DNA of 64,000 nucleotides. It comes from Candidatus Cibiobacter qucibialis. GTDB taxonomy: Bacteria; Bacillota; Clostridia; Oscillospirales; Ruminococcaceae. The notes beneath the pieces were generated by a model that was given only the letters and a program-made list of their open reading frames with translations, did no database searches and was not told the DNA's origin. Positions 9,603 to 19,130 of this stretch are shown one piece after another (positions within the stretch are counted from its first letter, which is position 1; the number at the start of each line of letters is the position of its first letter). A program made the translations under genes and the position numbers. The stretch spans positions 3,639 to 67,638 of the forward strand of contig SAUS01000001.1 of the NCBI GenBank assembly GCA_004000625.1. The letters run 5' to 3'.

Positions 9603-10935
9603 ATCTTTAAGCGAGCGTCTGAACGGCGTTTTCAAAAAACTGCGCGGCAAAGGCAAGCTGAGTGAAGCGGATATCAAGGCTGCGATGCGGGAAGTCCGCA
9701 TGGCGCTGCTTGAAGCGGACGTCAACTACAAAGTCGCAAAGGATTTCTGCGCGCAGGTTTCGGAGCGCGCCATGGGCCAGGAAGTGATGGAAAGCCTGAC
9801 CCCCGCCCAGCAGGTTGTCAAGATCGTCAACGAGGAACTGACCAAGCTGATGGGCGGCGAGGAACCCCAGACCCTGCACATCAAAAATAAGGGCCAGACC
9901 GTTATGATGATGTGCGGCCTGCAGGGTAACGGTAAAACCACCCATGCGGCAAAGCTGGGCCGCTATTATAAAGCCCAGGGCCGCCGCCCACTGCTGGTAG
10001 CCTGTGATATCTACCGCCCCGCAGCAATTGACCAGCTGCGCATTGTAGGCGAGCAGGCAGGCGTTCCCGTCTATGAGATGGGCACCGAAAAGCCGGAAAA
10101 GATTGCCAAGCAGGCAGTTGAGTACGCCAAAGACCACGGCTATGATATCGTTATCATTGATACCGCAGGCCGTTTGCAGATCGACGACCAGCTGATGGAC
10201 GAGCTGGTGCGCATCAAGCAGGCTGTTGAGGTGGATGAGACCCTGCTGGTTGTGGATGCCATGTCCGGTCAGGAAGCCGTCAACGTTGCCAAGACCTTTA
10301 ACGAAAAGGTTGGCATCAGCGGCGTGGTTCTGACCAAGACGGACGGCGACACCCGCGGCGGTGCGGCGCTTTCGGTTCTGGCCGTTACCGGCAAGCCGAT
10401 CTACTTCCAGGGCACCGGCGAGAAGCTGGATGCGTTGGAGCCGTTTTACCCGGCGCGCATGTCCAGCCGGATCCTTGGCATGGGCGATGTGCTGAGCCTG
10501 ATCGAAAAGGCCCAGACCTTGCAGAATGACAAGGAAGCCGAAGAAGCCGCCAAGCGAATGATGGCCAACAAGTTCGATATGAACGATATGTTGACCCAGT
10601 TCGCCCAGATCCGCAAGATGGGCGGTGCGTCCGCGCTGCTGGCCATGATGCCCGGCACCAACCAGATCAGCTCCGAACAGATGGACCAGATCGATGAAAA
10701 GGCGCTGCCCCATATTGAAGCCATCATCTACTCCATGACGCCGGAAGAGCGTGCGCATCCTTCCATCATCAACCCCAAGCGCAAGCGCCGCATTGCGGCG
10801 GGCAGCGGCCAGACGGTTGAGGACGTGAACAAGCTGCTGCGCCAGTTTGAAGCCATGCAGAAGATGATGAAAAAGGTCAAGCGCAACCCCAAGGGCTTTA
10901 TGCGCGGCCTTGGCGGAATGAGAGGCCTGCGCTGA
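9592..10935 (+). CDS. ffh: Signal recognition particle protein Ffh
   Basis: MAFESLSERL... N-domain, G-domain GTPase motifs (GLQGNGKTT, DTAGR, TKTDGD), M-domain Met-rich C-terminus. Confidence 0.95.
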   Translation: MAFESLSERLNGVFKKLRGKGKLSEADIKAAMREVRMALLEADVNYKVAKDFCAQVSERAMGQEVMESLTPAQQVVKIVNEELTKLMGGEEPQTLHIKNKGQTVMMMCGLQGNGKTTHAAKLGRYYKAQGRRPLLVACDIYRPAAIDQLRIVGEQAGVPVYEMGTEKPEKIAKQAVEYAKDHGYDIVIIDTAGRLQIDDQLMDELVRIKQAVEVDETLLVVDAMSGQEAVNVAKTFNEKVGISGVVLTKTDGDTRGGAALSVLAVTGKPIYFQGTGEKLDALEPFYPARMSSRILGMGDVLSLIEKAQTLQNDKEAEEAAKRMMANKFDMNDMLTQFAQIRKMGGASALLAMMPGTNQISSEQMDQIDEKALPHIEAIIYSMTPEERAHPSIINPKRKRRIAAGSGQTVEDVNKLLRQFEAMQKMMKKVKRNPKGFMRGLGGMRGLR

Positions 10936-11057
10936 GCAGCCTGCTATGAATTTGATATGACCCGTAAGCCTCTCTGGCCCCAGGGTGATATATAAATTGC
11001 AAGCCCACGAGGGAAAACCACGGGGCCGTAAAAACAAAATTTTGGAGGATATTTACC

Positions 11058-11297
11058 ATGGTTAAGATTCGTCTGCGCCGCATCGGCGCCAAGAAAGCTC
11101 CTTTCTACCGCATTGTTGTTGCTGACAGCCGCTTTGCTCGTGACGGCCGCTTCATCGAAGAGATCGGCTACTACGATCCGACCAAGGAGCCCAGCGTTGT
11201 CAAGATCGACGCCGACAAGGCTAAGCAGTGGCTGGCCAACGGCGCTCAGGCTACCGATACTGTTCGTGTTCTGCTGAAGAAAGAGAACATCCTGTAA
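11058..11297 (+). CDS. rpsP: 30S ribosomal protein S16
   Basis: [25 protein letters not shown]... canonical S16. Confidence 0.95.
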   Translation: MVKIRLRRIGAKKAPFYRIVVADSRFARDGRFIEEIGYYDPTKEPSVVKIDADKAKQWLANGAQATDTVRVLLKKENIL

Positions 11298-11316
11298 TTA
11301 AACGGAGGAACGCCAC

Positions 11317-11550
11317 ATGCAGGAACTGCTGATTGCCGTTGCCCGTGGCCTTGTGGAAGATAAGGACGCGGTGCAGGTAACGGTTGACCCCGCGCGTGAG
11401 GACGGCACGGTTGTGTACCATCTCACGGTGGCAGAAGGCGACATGGGCCGCGTGATTGGCAAACAGGGCCGCATTGCCAAGGCAATCCGTGTTGTCATGC
11501 GTGCCGCCGCCGTCCGCCAGAACGAAAAAGTCGTGGTGGAAATCGGCTGA
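11317..11550 (+). CDS. KH-domain RNA-binding protein (YlqC-like)
   Basis: 77 aa; GRVIGKQGRIAKAIR KH motif; conserved position between rpsP and rimM. Confidence 0.85.
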   Translation: MQELLIAVARGLVEDKDAVQVTVDPAREDGTVVYHLTVAEGDMGRVIGKQGRIAKAIRVVMRAAAVRQNEKVVVEIG

Positions 11551-11640
11551 TTTTTGCCACCCAGCACTCTGCCGCTTTGCGCGCAGGGTGCTTTTTATTT
11601 GCCGCCGCTTTTGTGTGATTTATTCTAGGAGGTTCCCCCT

Positions 11641-12171
11641 ATGCAAAACTATCTGCCCGCCTGCAAAATTGTTTCCACCCACGGTGTCCGCGGCGAAATG
11701 AAAGCCCTGCCGCTGTGCGACGGCGCACAGTTCCTGGCCAAGTTCAAGCGCCTGTACGCTGCCGCAAACGGCAGCGGCGAAGTTGCGCTGCGCGGGGTGC
11801 GCGCCCAGGGCAATATGCTGCTGGTCAAGCTGGCCGGGGTGGAGGATATGGATGCCGCCCGCGCCCAGGTGGGCAAAACCTACTATTTTGCCAAGGCGGA
11901 TGCCAAACTGCCGGAGGACCGCTATTTTATTGATGATCTGATCGGCTGCACTGTGCTGCATGCGGACGATGGCCGCACCCTTGGCATCGTTGCAAAGGTG
12001 GACCACCCCGGCGTACAGGATATCTATATTGTGCGCGATGCAGCGGGGGAGGAGCACTGGATCCCTGCCGTGCCGGAGTTTGTGGTGGATGTGGATATTG
12101 CGGCCCGCACAGTAAAAATGCGCCCCATTGCGGGCATGTTTGATGAGCCGGTCAACGGCGATGAGGAGTAA
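11641..12171 (+). CDS. rimM: Ribosome maturation factor RimM
   Basis: 176 aa; N-terminal GVRGE motif, PRC barrel C-terminus; synteny rpsP-KH-rimM-trmD. Confidence 0.9.
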   Translation: MQNYLPACKIVSTHGVRGEMKALPLCDGAQFLAKFKRLYAAANGSGEVALRGVRAQGNMLLVKLAGVEDMDAARAQVGKTYYFAKADAKLPEDRYFIDDLIGCTVLHADDGRTLGIVAKVDHPGVQDIYIVRDAAGEEHWIPAVPEFVVDVDIAARTVKMRPIAGMFDEPVNGDEE

Positions 12172-12174
12172 TTG

Positions 12175-13413
12175 ATGCGCATTGATATTGTCACCCTGTT
12201 CCCGGAACTGTGCGATAGCTTTTTGAGCACCAGCATCCTGGGCCGTGCCCGTGCCAAAAACCTGTTTGAAGCGCACTGCCACCAGATCCGGGATTATACC
12301 AAAAACAAACAGCGCCAGACGGACGATTACCCCTATGGCGGCGGCTGCGGCATGGTGCTGTATGCTCAGCCCATTGCAGATTGCCTGCGCGCTGTGGCGG
12401 ACCAGTGCGCCCAGCAGGGCCGCGCCAAACCCCATGTGGTGTTTTTGACCGCCGCCGGGCAGCCCTATAACGAGGAGACCGCCCGCCGGCTTTCCAGCTA
12501 TGAAAGCCTTGCGCTGGTGTGCGGCCACTATGAGGGCATTGACCAGCGCGTGATCGATACCTTTGGCGATGAGGAAATTTCCATCGGCGACTATGTGCTG
12601 ACCGGCGGCGAGCTGGCCAGCCTGGTGGTGGCAGATAGTGTGCTGCGCCTGCAGCCCGGCGTTCTGGCCGAGGAAAAGGGCTATCAGGACGAAAGCTACT
12701 GGGACGGCCTGCTGGAATACCCCCAGTTCACCCGCCCGGAAGTGTGGGAGGGCCAGGCCATCCCGCCGGTGCTGCTGACCGGCGACCACAATAAAATTGA
12801 CGCCTGGCGCGGCCGCCAGAGCCGGGAACGCACCCGCCAGCGCCGCCCGGACCTGTATGACCAGTGGTGCGCCACCCACCCGATCACCCAGATCCCGCGC
12901 TGGAAGCGCACCGAGCGTGCCCAGCTGATCAAGACGGATGCCCAGCTGGATGCAGCCGCAAAACTGTTTGCCGAAGGCTGCCGCACCGTCTGCCGGGATG
13001 TGTGCACCGAAGCAGGCCTTGCAGAATATACGCCGGAAGTCATGCGCCAGCGCCTGGAAGAAGAGCGCAAGGCGGGTTGGGCATTCTACCTGCACACCAC
13101 TTCGGATACGCCGGACGGCATGGTGGGTGTCTGCCATAAAACGGGGGAGATCAGCCACCTGTTTGTCACACAGTCCGCCCGCGGCAGCGGCATTGGCACA
13201 AAGCTGCTGGATTTTGCGCGCAAAAAACTTGCGGAGCACGCCCGGCCCTGGCTGGCCGTGCTGGATGTAAACACGGCGGCCATCGGCCTTTACCGGCGCA
13301 TGGGCTACCTGCCGGATGGCGTGCGGAACATGTACCAGCCGGGGGGGAATGTAGCATTCTGCAAGCCCTGCAAAGAGCTTGTTATGCGCTATCAGCCCCA
13401 GGATCAAGGCTGA
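12175..13413 (+). CDS. trmD: tRNA (guanine37-N1)-methyltransferase TrmD fused to a C-terminal GNAT N-acetyltransferase domain
   Basis: Residues 1-~235 are full TrmD (SPOUT; ends ...RRPDLYDQW); residues ~240-412 carry a GNAT acetyl-CoA motif (QSARGSGIGTKLLDFA...LDVNTAAIGLYRRMGY). Single uninterrupted ORF. Confidence 0.8.
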   Translation: MRIDIVTLFPELCDSFLSTSILGRARAKNLFEAHCHQIRDYTKNKQRQTDDYPYGGGCGMVLYAQPIADCLRAVADQCAQQGRAKPHVVFLTAAGQPYNEETARRLSSYESLALVCGHYEGIDQRVIDTFGDEEISIGDYVLTGGELASLVVADSVLRLQPGVLAEEKGYQDESYWDGLLEYPQFTRPEVWEGQAIPPVLLTGDHNKIDAWRGRQSRERTRQRRPDLYDQWCATHPITQIPRWKRTERAQLIKTDAQLDAAAKLFAEGCRTVCRDVCTEAGLAEYTPEVMRQRLEEERKAGWAFYLHTTSDTPDGMVGVCHKTGEISHLFVTQSARGSGIGTKLLDFARKKLAEHARPWLAVLDVNTAAIGLYRRMGYLPDGVRNMYQPGGNVAFCKPCKELVMRYQPQDQG

Positions 13414-13684
13414 ACCTGCGGTATTCTGTCGGTTTTTCGTACAGGTTTTGTAGTCTATCTACAATCCGGTTGAAAATAAACTAGTAAATTTGCACAAGCA
13501 GGCCCGGCGCGATTTGTGCCAAATGCGGAATCCTGCCAAAATTGCAAATTTACACTGTACAAAGTCGAACAAATGGGATAAAATATAAACAATCAAGGCG
13601 GCACTGATTGTGCAATACCGCCTGAAAGGAGCCCGCGGTAGAGAACTTGGGCGTATCTTTTCATATAAGTAGGAGAGAATAATT

Positions 13685-13948
13685 ATGTACGTTAAAGAAG
13701 TTACCGTTGAGAATCAGGTAGGTCTGCACGCTCGTCCGGCCACCTTCTTCATCCAGAAGGCAAACGAGTATAAGTCTTCTATTTGGGTCGAAAAGGAAGA
13801 GCGCCGCGTCAACGCTAAGTCCCTGCTGGGTGTTCTGAGCCTCGGCATCGTTGGCGGCACCACCATCCGTATCATTGCTGACGGCACCGATGAACAGGCT
13901 GCTGTGGATGGTCTGGTCAAGCTGGTCAACTCCGGCTTCTCTGAATAA
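13685..13948 (+). CDS. ptsH: Phosphocarrier protein HPr
   Basis: 87 aa; His15 motif GLHARPA, Ser46 region KSLLGV. Confidence 0.95.
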   Translation: MYVKEVTVENQVGLHARPATFFIQKANEYKSSIWVEKEERRVNAKSLLGVLSLGIVGGTTIRIIADGTDEQAAVDGLVKLVNSGFSE

Positions 13949-13965
13949 TCAGATCTTTTGTTTTT

Positions 13966-13997
13966 GCGGCGGGTGACTGGTCACCCGCCTTTTTTTG
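13966..13997 (+). terminator. Intrinsic terminator after ptsH (GCGGCGGGTGA...TCACCCGCC + T7), followed by a second palindrome 13997-14021
   Basis: Perfect stem followed by TTTTTTT. Confidence 0.75.
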
Positions 13998-14053
13998 TCT
14001 GCGCGGCCATGCCGCGCAGACAAAAAATCACTCACCACCCTTATTCAAAAAAC

Positions 14054-15898
14054 ATGACAAAACAAGAACTCTACAAAAAAGCCTGTATGCTCCCGCTGCT
14101 GCCGGGGGTGTATATCATCCGCGATAAAACGGATACCATCATCTATATTGGCAAAGCCAAGCGCCTGCGCATCCGTGTTTCACAGTATTTCCGCGAGGGC
14201 GTGCCCCATGACGCGAAGGTCACCCAAATGATCAACCACGCATTTGCGTTCGATGTCATCGTCTGCCAAAGCGAATTTGAGGCCCTGGTGCTGGAAGCCA
14301 GCCAGATTAAGGCCCATACGCCAAAGTATAATATCTTGCTCAAAGATGATAAGGGCTACAGCTATGTAAAGATCACCCACGGCCCCTGGCCGCGTATTTC
14401 TGCTGCCCTGCAAAAGGACGATGAGAACGCCGATTATATCGGCCCGTTCACCTCGGCTTTTGCGGTGCGGGAGATGGTGGAAACTGCCCAGAACTGTTTT
14501 TTGCTGCCCCGCTGCAATAAAGAGTTCCCGCGTGATATCGGCAAGGGCCGCCCCTGCCTGAATGCCCATATCGGCAAGTGCATGGCTGTGTGCGGCGGCA
14601 AAATTACCTGCGAAGCTTACAATGAGGCCGTGCAGGGGGCTCTGCGCATGATCCGGTACGGCAAAAAAGATATCGTCAAGCAGCTGAAAGAGAAGATGCA
14701 GGCGGCGTCTGACCGGCTGGATTTTGAAACAGCCGCCCTGCTGCGGGATCAGATCGCCGCCATTGACCGCGTAGCGGCGGGCCAGAAGGTGGTTATGGAT
14801 GCCGGGACAGAGATGGACGTCATCGCGCTGGCGGGCACTACCCGCGCGGTATGCGCAGCGGTGCTGCGCTACCGGGATGGCCGCCTGACCGATAAGCGGG
14901 AGTTCGTCTTTCATGATACGACCGATATCGAAGCCGTGCGGGAGGAATTCCTGCCCCAGTATTATCTGGATGGCGAGACGATCCCCAAAACCATTGCGGT
15001 GGATACCCTGCCGCCGGACGCCGAAGCGCTGAACCAGGCGCTGAACGAAGCACGCGGCAGCAAGGTGGAGCTGTATGTGCCCCAGCGCGGCGATGTGGCC
15101 AAGCTGGTAACAATGGCCTACACCAACGCTGTGGAGCGCCTGGGGCGCGAGAGCGGCCGCTATACCCGCGAGGAAAAGCTGCTGGAAGAAGCCGCCCAGG
15201 TGTTGGGCCTGAAAACCCCGCCGAGGGTGATTGAAAGCTATGATATTTCCAACTGGGGCGATGGCTCCAGCGTGTGCGGTATGGTGGTGTTCAAGGATGG
15301 CAAGCCTTACCGCGCCGGCTACCGCCGCTTTAAGATGCGCACCGTTGCCGGCACGGACGACTATGCCTCTATGGCGGAAACGCTTTCCCGCCGGGCTGCG
15401 GAGTACGAGGCGGCCCGGCGCGGCGAAAAGCCGGATAATGAAACCAACCAGTTTGCCACCATGCCGGATCTGCTGCTGATCGATGGCGGCCGCGGGCAGG
15501 TGAGCGCCGTTAAACAGGCACTGCGCGGCACGGCACTGGAACATGTGCCCACCTTTGGCATGGTCAAGGATGACCACCACCGCACCCGCGCCATTGTGGA
15601 TGATGCGGGCGGGGAAATCGCCATCAACCGGCACCGCAATATCTTTACCTTTGTGACCAATATCCAGGATGAAACCCACCGCTATGCCAACGATTACCGC
15701 AAGCGGATGATGCACAAAAAGTCCTATGCGGCAACCCTGACAGAGCTGCCCGGCGTTGGCCCCAAGACCAGCGCGGCACTGCTGGCACATTTCAAAACCG
15801 TAACGGCAGTCAAGCAGGCGTCTATTTCGGACCTGGAAGAGGTCAAGGGCATCAGCCACGCCAAGGCGGAGAACATTTATAATGCTCTGCGCCAGTAA
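14054..15898 (+). CDS. uvrC: Excinuclease ABC subunit C (UvrC)
   Basis: N-terminal GIY-YIG (GVYIIRDKTDTIIYIGKAKRLRIRVSQYF), UvrBC-interaction, RNaseH-like endonuclease and C-terminal (HhH)2; start chosen at MTKQEL. Confidence 0.9.
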   Translation: MTKQELYKKACMLPLLPGVYIIRDKTDTIIYIGKAKRLRIRVSQYFREGVPHDAKVTQMINHAFAFDVIVCQSEFEALVLEASQIKAHTPKYNILLKDDKGYSYVKITHGPWPRISAALQKDDENADYIGPFTSAFAVREMVETAQNCFLLPRCNKEFPRDIGKGRPCLNAHIGKCMAVCGGKITCEAYNEAVQGALRMIRYGKKDIVKQLKEKMQAASDRLDFETAALLRDQIAAIDRVAAGQKVVMDAGTEMDVIALAGTTRAVCAAVLRYRDGRLTDKREFVFHDTTDIEAVREEFLPQYYLDGETIPKTIAVDTLPPDAEALNQALNEARGSKVELYVPQRGDVAKLVTMAYTNAVERLGRESGRYTREEKLLEEAAQVLGLKTPPRVIESYDISNWGDGSSVCGMVVFKDGKPYRAGYRRFKMRTVAGTDDYASMAETLSRRAAEYEAARRGEKPDNETNQFATMPDLLLIDGGRGQVSAVKQALRGTALEHVPTFGMVKDDHHRTRAIVDDAGGEIAINRHRNIFTFVTNIQDETHRYANDYRKRMMHKKSYAATLTELPGVGPKTSAALLAHFKTVTAVKQASISDLEEVKGISHAKAENIYNALRQ

Positions 15899-16021
15899 AC
15901 TCAACGCCGGCAACGGCAGGAGAGGGGAAAACCCGGCTGGATTGCAGGCTGGGTTGTAAAATAAGAATGAATGACGGTAAACTCCCTTGACAAGCGGATT
16001 TGAACCATCCATAATGTATAA

Positions 16022-16193
16022 GGCAACACCGCACAATTCCCGCCTTACGGCTTAAGCACCGCTTCGGCGGCTGCGGCACGGCATCTGCGTTGCCAAAATG
16101 CTCGATAAGACATCCAGTATTATCTGCGCTTTTGGCTTAGCATCTGCCGCACCTCGCTCGCCGTATCGGCACTTAGAATTATGCGGTATTGCC
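16022..16193. repeat. ~172-bp palindromic intergenic repeat, copy B
   Basis: ~95% identical to copies A, C, D; between uvrC and rsmD. Confidence 0.85.
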
Positions 16194-16292
16194 ATAAGTG
16201 CAACTGTTTATCCCGAATAAGAGTGCTCTGGCTTGAGCTTCCCGGCGGGATGGGTGGCTGCCATATAACAAATGAAAGGCAGGCGGCCTAAC

Positions 16293-16844
16293 ATGATGCG
16301 TGTGATTGCAGGTACAGCCCGCGGCAAAAACCTTGCTGCGCTACCGGGGGAGGATGTTACCCGCCCCACCATTAACCGCGTAAAGGAGGCAATGTTCTCC
16401 AGCGTACAGTTCTCTGTGCCCGGCGCGCGCGTGCTGGACTTGTTTGCAGGCAGCGGCCAGCTTGGCATTGAGGCATTATCCCGCGGGGCCAAGCGCTGTG
16501 TTTTCCTGGATGCTTCCCGCGAGGCGATCCAGATCGTGCTGGCCAACTGCAAAACGGCGGGCGTGTTTGCGCAGAGCCGGGTCATCCCGGATGATGCGTT
16601 CCACTTTTTGGCCACCACGCAGGAAGAGTTTGATCTTGCCCTGCTGGACCCGCCGTACCACCACGGCACGGTAGCCAAAGCACTGCCGCAGCTGGCAGCG
16701 CACATGGCCCCTGGCGGTGTGGTGCTGTGTGAAACAGAACTGGACGCCGAGCTGCCGGAACAGGTTGAGGGGCTTGTTTTGGCAAAACAATATAAGTACG
16801 GCAAGATTTTGGTAAGCCGCTATGAGAAAGAGGAACAGCTATGA
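16293..16844 (+). CDS. rsmD: 16S rRNA (guanine966-N2)-methyltransferase RsmD
   Basis: MMRVIAGTARGKNL..., SAM motif VLDLFAGSGQLGIEALSRGA, DPPY motif. Confidence 0.85.
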   Translation: MMRVIAGTARGKNLAALPGEDVTRPTINRVKEAMFSSVQFSVPGARVLDLFAGSGQLGIEALSRGAKRCVFLDASREAIQIVLANCKTAGVFAQSRVIPDDAFHFLATTQEEFDLALLDPPYHHGTVAKALPQLAAHMAPGGVVLCETELDAELPEQVEGLVLAKQYKYGKILVSRYEKEEQL

Positions 16845-17326
16845 ATGTTGAGGAACTGCTGGATATGCTGGAGGAAACGCTGGAGGAGGGTACCGCTGTG
16901 CCGTTTGCCGCCGCCAAGCGTGTGGTAGATGTGGATCGCTGCCGCGATATCGTGGATGAGGTGCGCAATAACCTGCCCGATGAACTGCACGACAGCAAAA
17001 AGATTGTGGCAGACCGCGAGCAGATTTTAAAGAACGCCCAGACCGATGCGGATAACATCATCAAGCAGGCAGAGGAACGCGCACGGGTACTGGTATCGGA
17101 CAAAGAGATCACCAAGCGCGCACAGAAGATGGCCGTGGAGCTGGTGAACGCCGCACAGGCACAGGCGAAAAAGATCAACAATGCCTCCGCGGCTTATTGT
17201 GAGAATATCCTCAAAAACTCGGAGGAAGTTCTGGCCCGCAGTGTGGCGGATATCAAAAATACCCGCATGAACCTGCGCAACCTGGCCAGCCGCGGCCCCC
17301 ATGGCCCACAGAAACCGAATCTGTAA
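16841..17326 (+). CDS. Hypothetical acidic coiled-coil protein (ATP-synthase-b/H-like heptad repeats), translationally coupled to rsmD
   Basis: 161 aa; ATGA start/stop overlap with rsmD; highly charged, Ala/Glu/Lys/Gln-rich helical repeats; no TM segment. Confidence 0.5.
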   Translation: MNVEELLDMLEETLEEGTAVPFAAAKRVVDVDRCRDIVDEVRNNLPDELHDSKKIVADREQILKNAQTDADNIIKQAEERARVLVSDKEITKRAQKMAVELVNAAQAQAKKINNASAAYCENILKNSEEVLARSVADIKNTRMNLRNLASRGPHGPQKPNL

Positions 17327-17486
17327 AATCGGCCCCCTGTGCGGGCTTTGTGAAAGAGATCTGCACGGTTCCTGCCCCGCAAACAACAAATAAGACAGCA
17401 TTTGTGAAAACTTTATGGCCCGCAGCGCTTTTTGGCGCTGTGGGCTTGCTTTTTGCCCCGCGATTTGGTACTATATAAGTGTTCCA

Positions 17487-17526
17487 GTGGGTAAAAGTGG
17501 GCAGTTTGGGGTTAAAGTGGTGAGTT
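17487..17526 (+). promoter_or_regulatory. Four direct GTGGG-type repeats with 10-bp periodicity (putative MraZ operator) in dcw promoter
   Basis: GTGGGtaaaa GTGGGcagtt TGGGGttaaa GTGGTgagtt directly downstream of a TATATA -10-like element, ~90 bp upstream of mraZ. Confidence 0.6.
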
Positions 17527-17617
17527 ATCCACACATTCCACAGGGTTGTTAACCGCGAAATTCCGCTGAAACGCTAAAAAAGCGACAGTTCCAACCGGGA
17601 AGGGGGCGGGTTCGACA

Positions 17618-18034
17618 ATGTTCATGGGTCAGTATGACTACGCAGTGGACGCAAAGGGCCGTCTGAATTTCCCCGCAAAGTTCCGGGATGGAATGGGCGA
17701 AACCTTTATCGTGACCCGCTGGCTGGACCATTGCCTTGCCGCGTTCCCGCCGGAGGAGTTTGAAAAAGTGGCCCAGCGCATTGCCGAAAAAGGTATGGTA
17801 AAGGGCCGCAATGTCAGCCGTATGCTGTATTCCTCTGCGGTGGAAGTAACACCGGATAAGCAGGGCCGCATTCAGCTGCCCGCAAAACTGCGGGAATACG
17901 CCAACCTGGACCACGATGTGAGCGTGATCGGCAACCGCAACTTTGCGGAGATCTGGAACACCCAGGATTGGGAAGCCCGCCAGGCGGAAAGCGATGAAGA
18001 TTTTACCGCCGCAATGGAAGACCTTGATTTTTAA
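17618..18034 (+). CDS. mraZ: Transcriptional regulator MraZ
   Basis: 138 aa; MFMGQYDYAVDAKGRLNFPAKFR... tandem MraZ repeats. Confidence 0.95.
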   Translation: MFMGQYDYAVDAKGRLNFPAKFRDGMGETFIVTRWLDHCLAAFPPEEFEKVAQRIAEKGMVKGRNVSRMLYSSAVEVTPDKQGRIQLPAKLREYANLDHDVSVIGNRNFAEIWNTQDWEARQAESDEDFTAAMEDLDF

Positions 18035-18102
18035 GATACACTTTGAGCGGGGGTGTACCCCTGCATGTTAAACCGTGTGAAACGGGGAAAGAGGAGAACA
18101 CC

Positions 18103-19026
18103 GTGGAATTTAGTCATATCCCCGTTTTGCTCAGCCAATGCCTTGAAGGGTTGGCCATTGACCCTGCCGGGATTTATCTGGACGGAACGGCCGGCGGGGC
18201 AGGCCACTCAAAGGAAATAGCAAAACGCCTGACCACCGGGCGGCTGATCTCGCTGGATCAGGACCCGGATGCGGTGGCAACCGCTGCCGCAAGGCTAAAG
18301 GGCTTACCCGCCCAGGTGGTTCAGGCCAACTTCCGCGAAACCGCCCGCGTGCTGGATGAACTGGAGATCCCCTTCATCAACGGCGCGCTGCTGGACCTTG
18401 GCGTTTCCAGCCACCAGCTGGACGATGCCGAGCGTGGCTTCTCCTATCACGCGGATGCCCCGCTGGATATGCGCATGAGCCAGCAGGGACCCACCGCGGC
18501 AGACTTGGTGAACACCCTGGACCGTGAGGAACTGACCCGCATCCTGCGCGATTATGGTGAGGAACCGTATGCCTGGCAGATTGCGGGTAAAATCGTGAAA
18601 GCACGGGAGGAAGCCCCGATTTTGACGACCCTGCAGTTTGCGGACCTGATTGCATCCGCTATGCCGCCTGCCGAGCGCCGCAAGAACAAGAACCCCGCCC
18701 GCCGCAGCTTCCAGGCAGTGCGGATTGCCGTCAATGGGGAACTGGATGCCCTGAACGAGGGGATGGAGGCGATTTTCAGCCGCCTGGCCCCCGGCGGGCG
18801 GTTCTGCATCATCACGTTCCACAGCCTGGAGGACCGGCTGGTAAAACAGAAGTTCCGCCGCTGGGCCCAGCGCTGCACCTGCCCGCCGGAGCAGCCTATT
18901 TGCACCTGCGGCGGGATGCCCAAAGCTAAACTGATTACCCGCAAGCCGATTGAAGCGGACGCTGGTGAGTTGGAAGAAAACCGCCGCAGCCGTTCCGCCA
19001 AGCTGCGCGTACTGGAAAAATTATAA
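18103..19026 (+). CDS. rsmH: 16S rRNA (cytosine1402-N4)-methyltransferase RsmH (MraW)
   Basis: HIPVLL start region, SAM motif YLDGTAGGAGHS, DLGVSSHQLD; GTG start with GAGGAG RBS. Confidence 0.9.
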   Translation: MEFSHIPVLLSQCLEGLAIDPAGIYLDGTAGGAGHSKEIAKRLTTGRLISLDQDPDAVATAAARLKGLPAQVVQANFRETARVLDELEIPFINGALLDLGVSSHQLDDAERGFSYHADAPLDMRMSQQGPTAADLVNTLDREELTRILRDYGEEPYAWQIAGKIVKAREEAPILTTLQFADLIASAMPPAERRKNKNPARRSFQAVRIAVNGELDALNEGMEAIFSRLAPGGRFCIITFHSLEDRLVKQKFRRWAQRCTCPPEQPICTCGGMPKAKLITRKPIEADAGELEENRRSRSAKLRVLEKL

Positions 19027-19130
19027 GCGTGCCAGGAGGGAACATTGGCAGCGCGGCATGGCGCTTGTGACCATGCCGCACAGCTTAAGGAAAGCCGAAA
19101 TTTTACGATACGAGAAAGGGGGCGGCGCCC

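Noticed and set aside
13414-13684. Possible catabolite-responsive element (cre) or small RNA in the ptsH upstream region
   Set aside because: It contains palindromic fragments (TTGCACAA...TTGTGCCAA), but nothing matching the cre consensus WTGNAANCGNWNNCW. It is most simply the ptsH promoter region.
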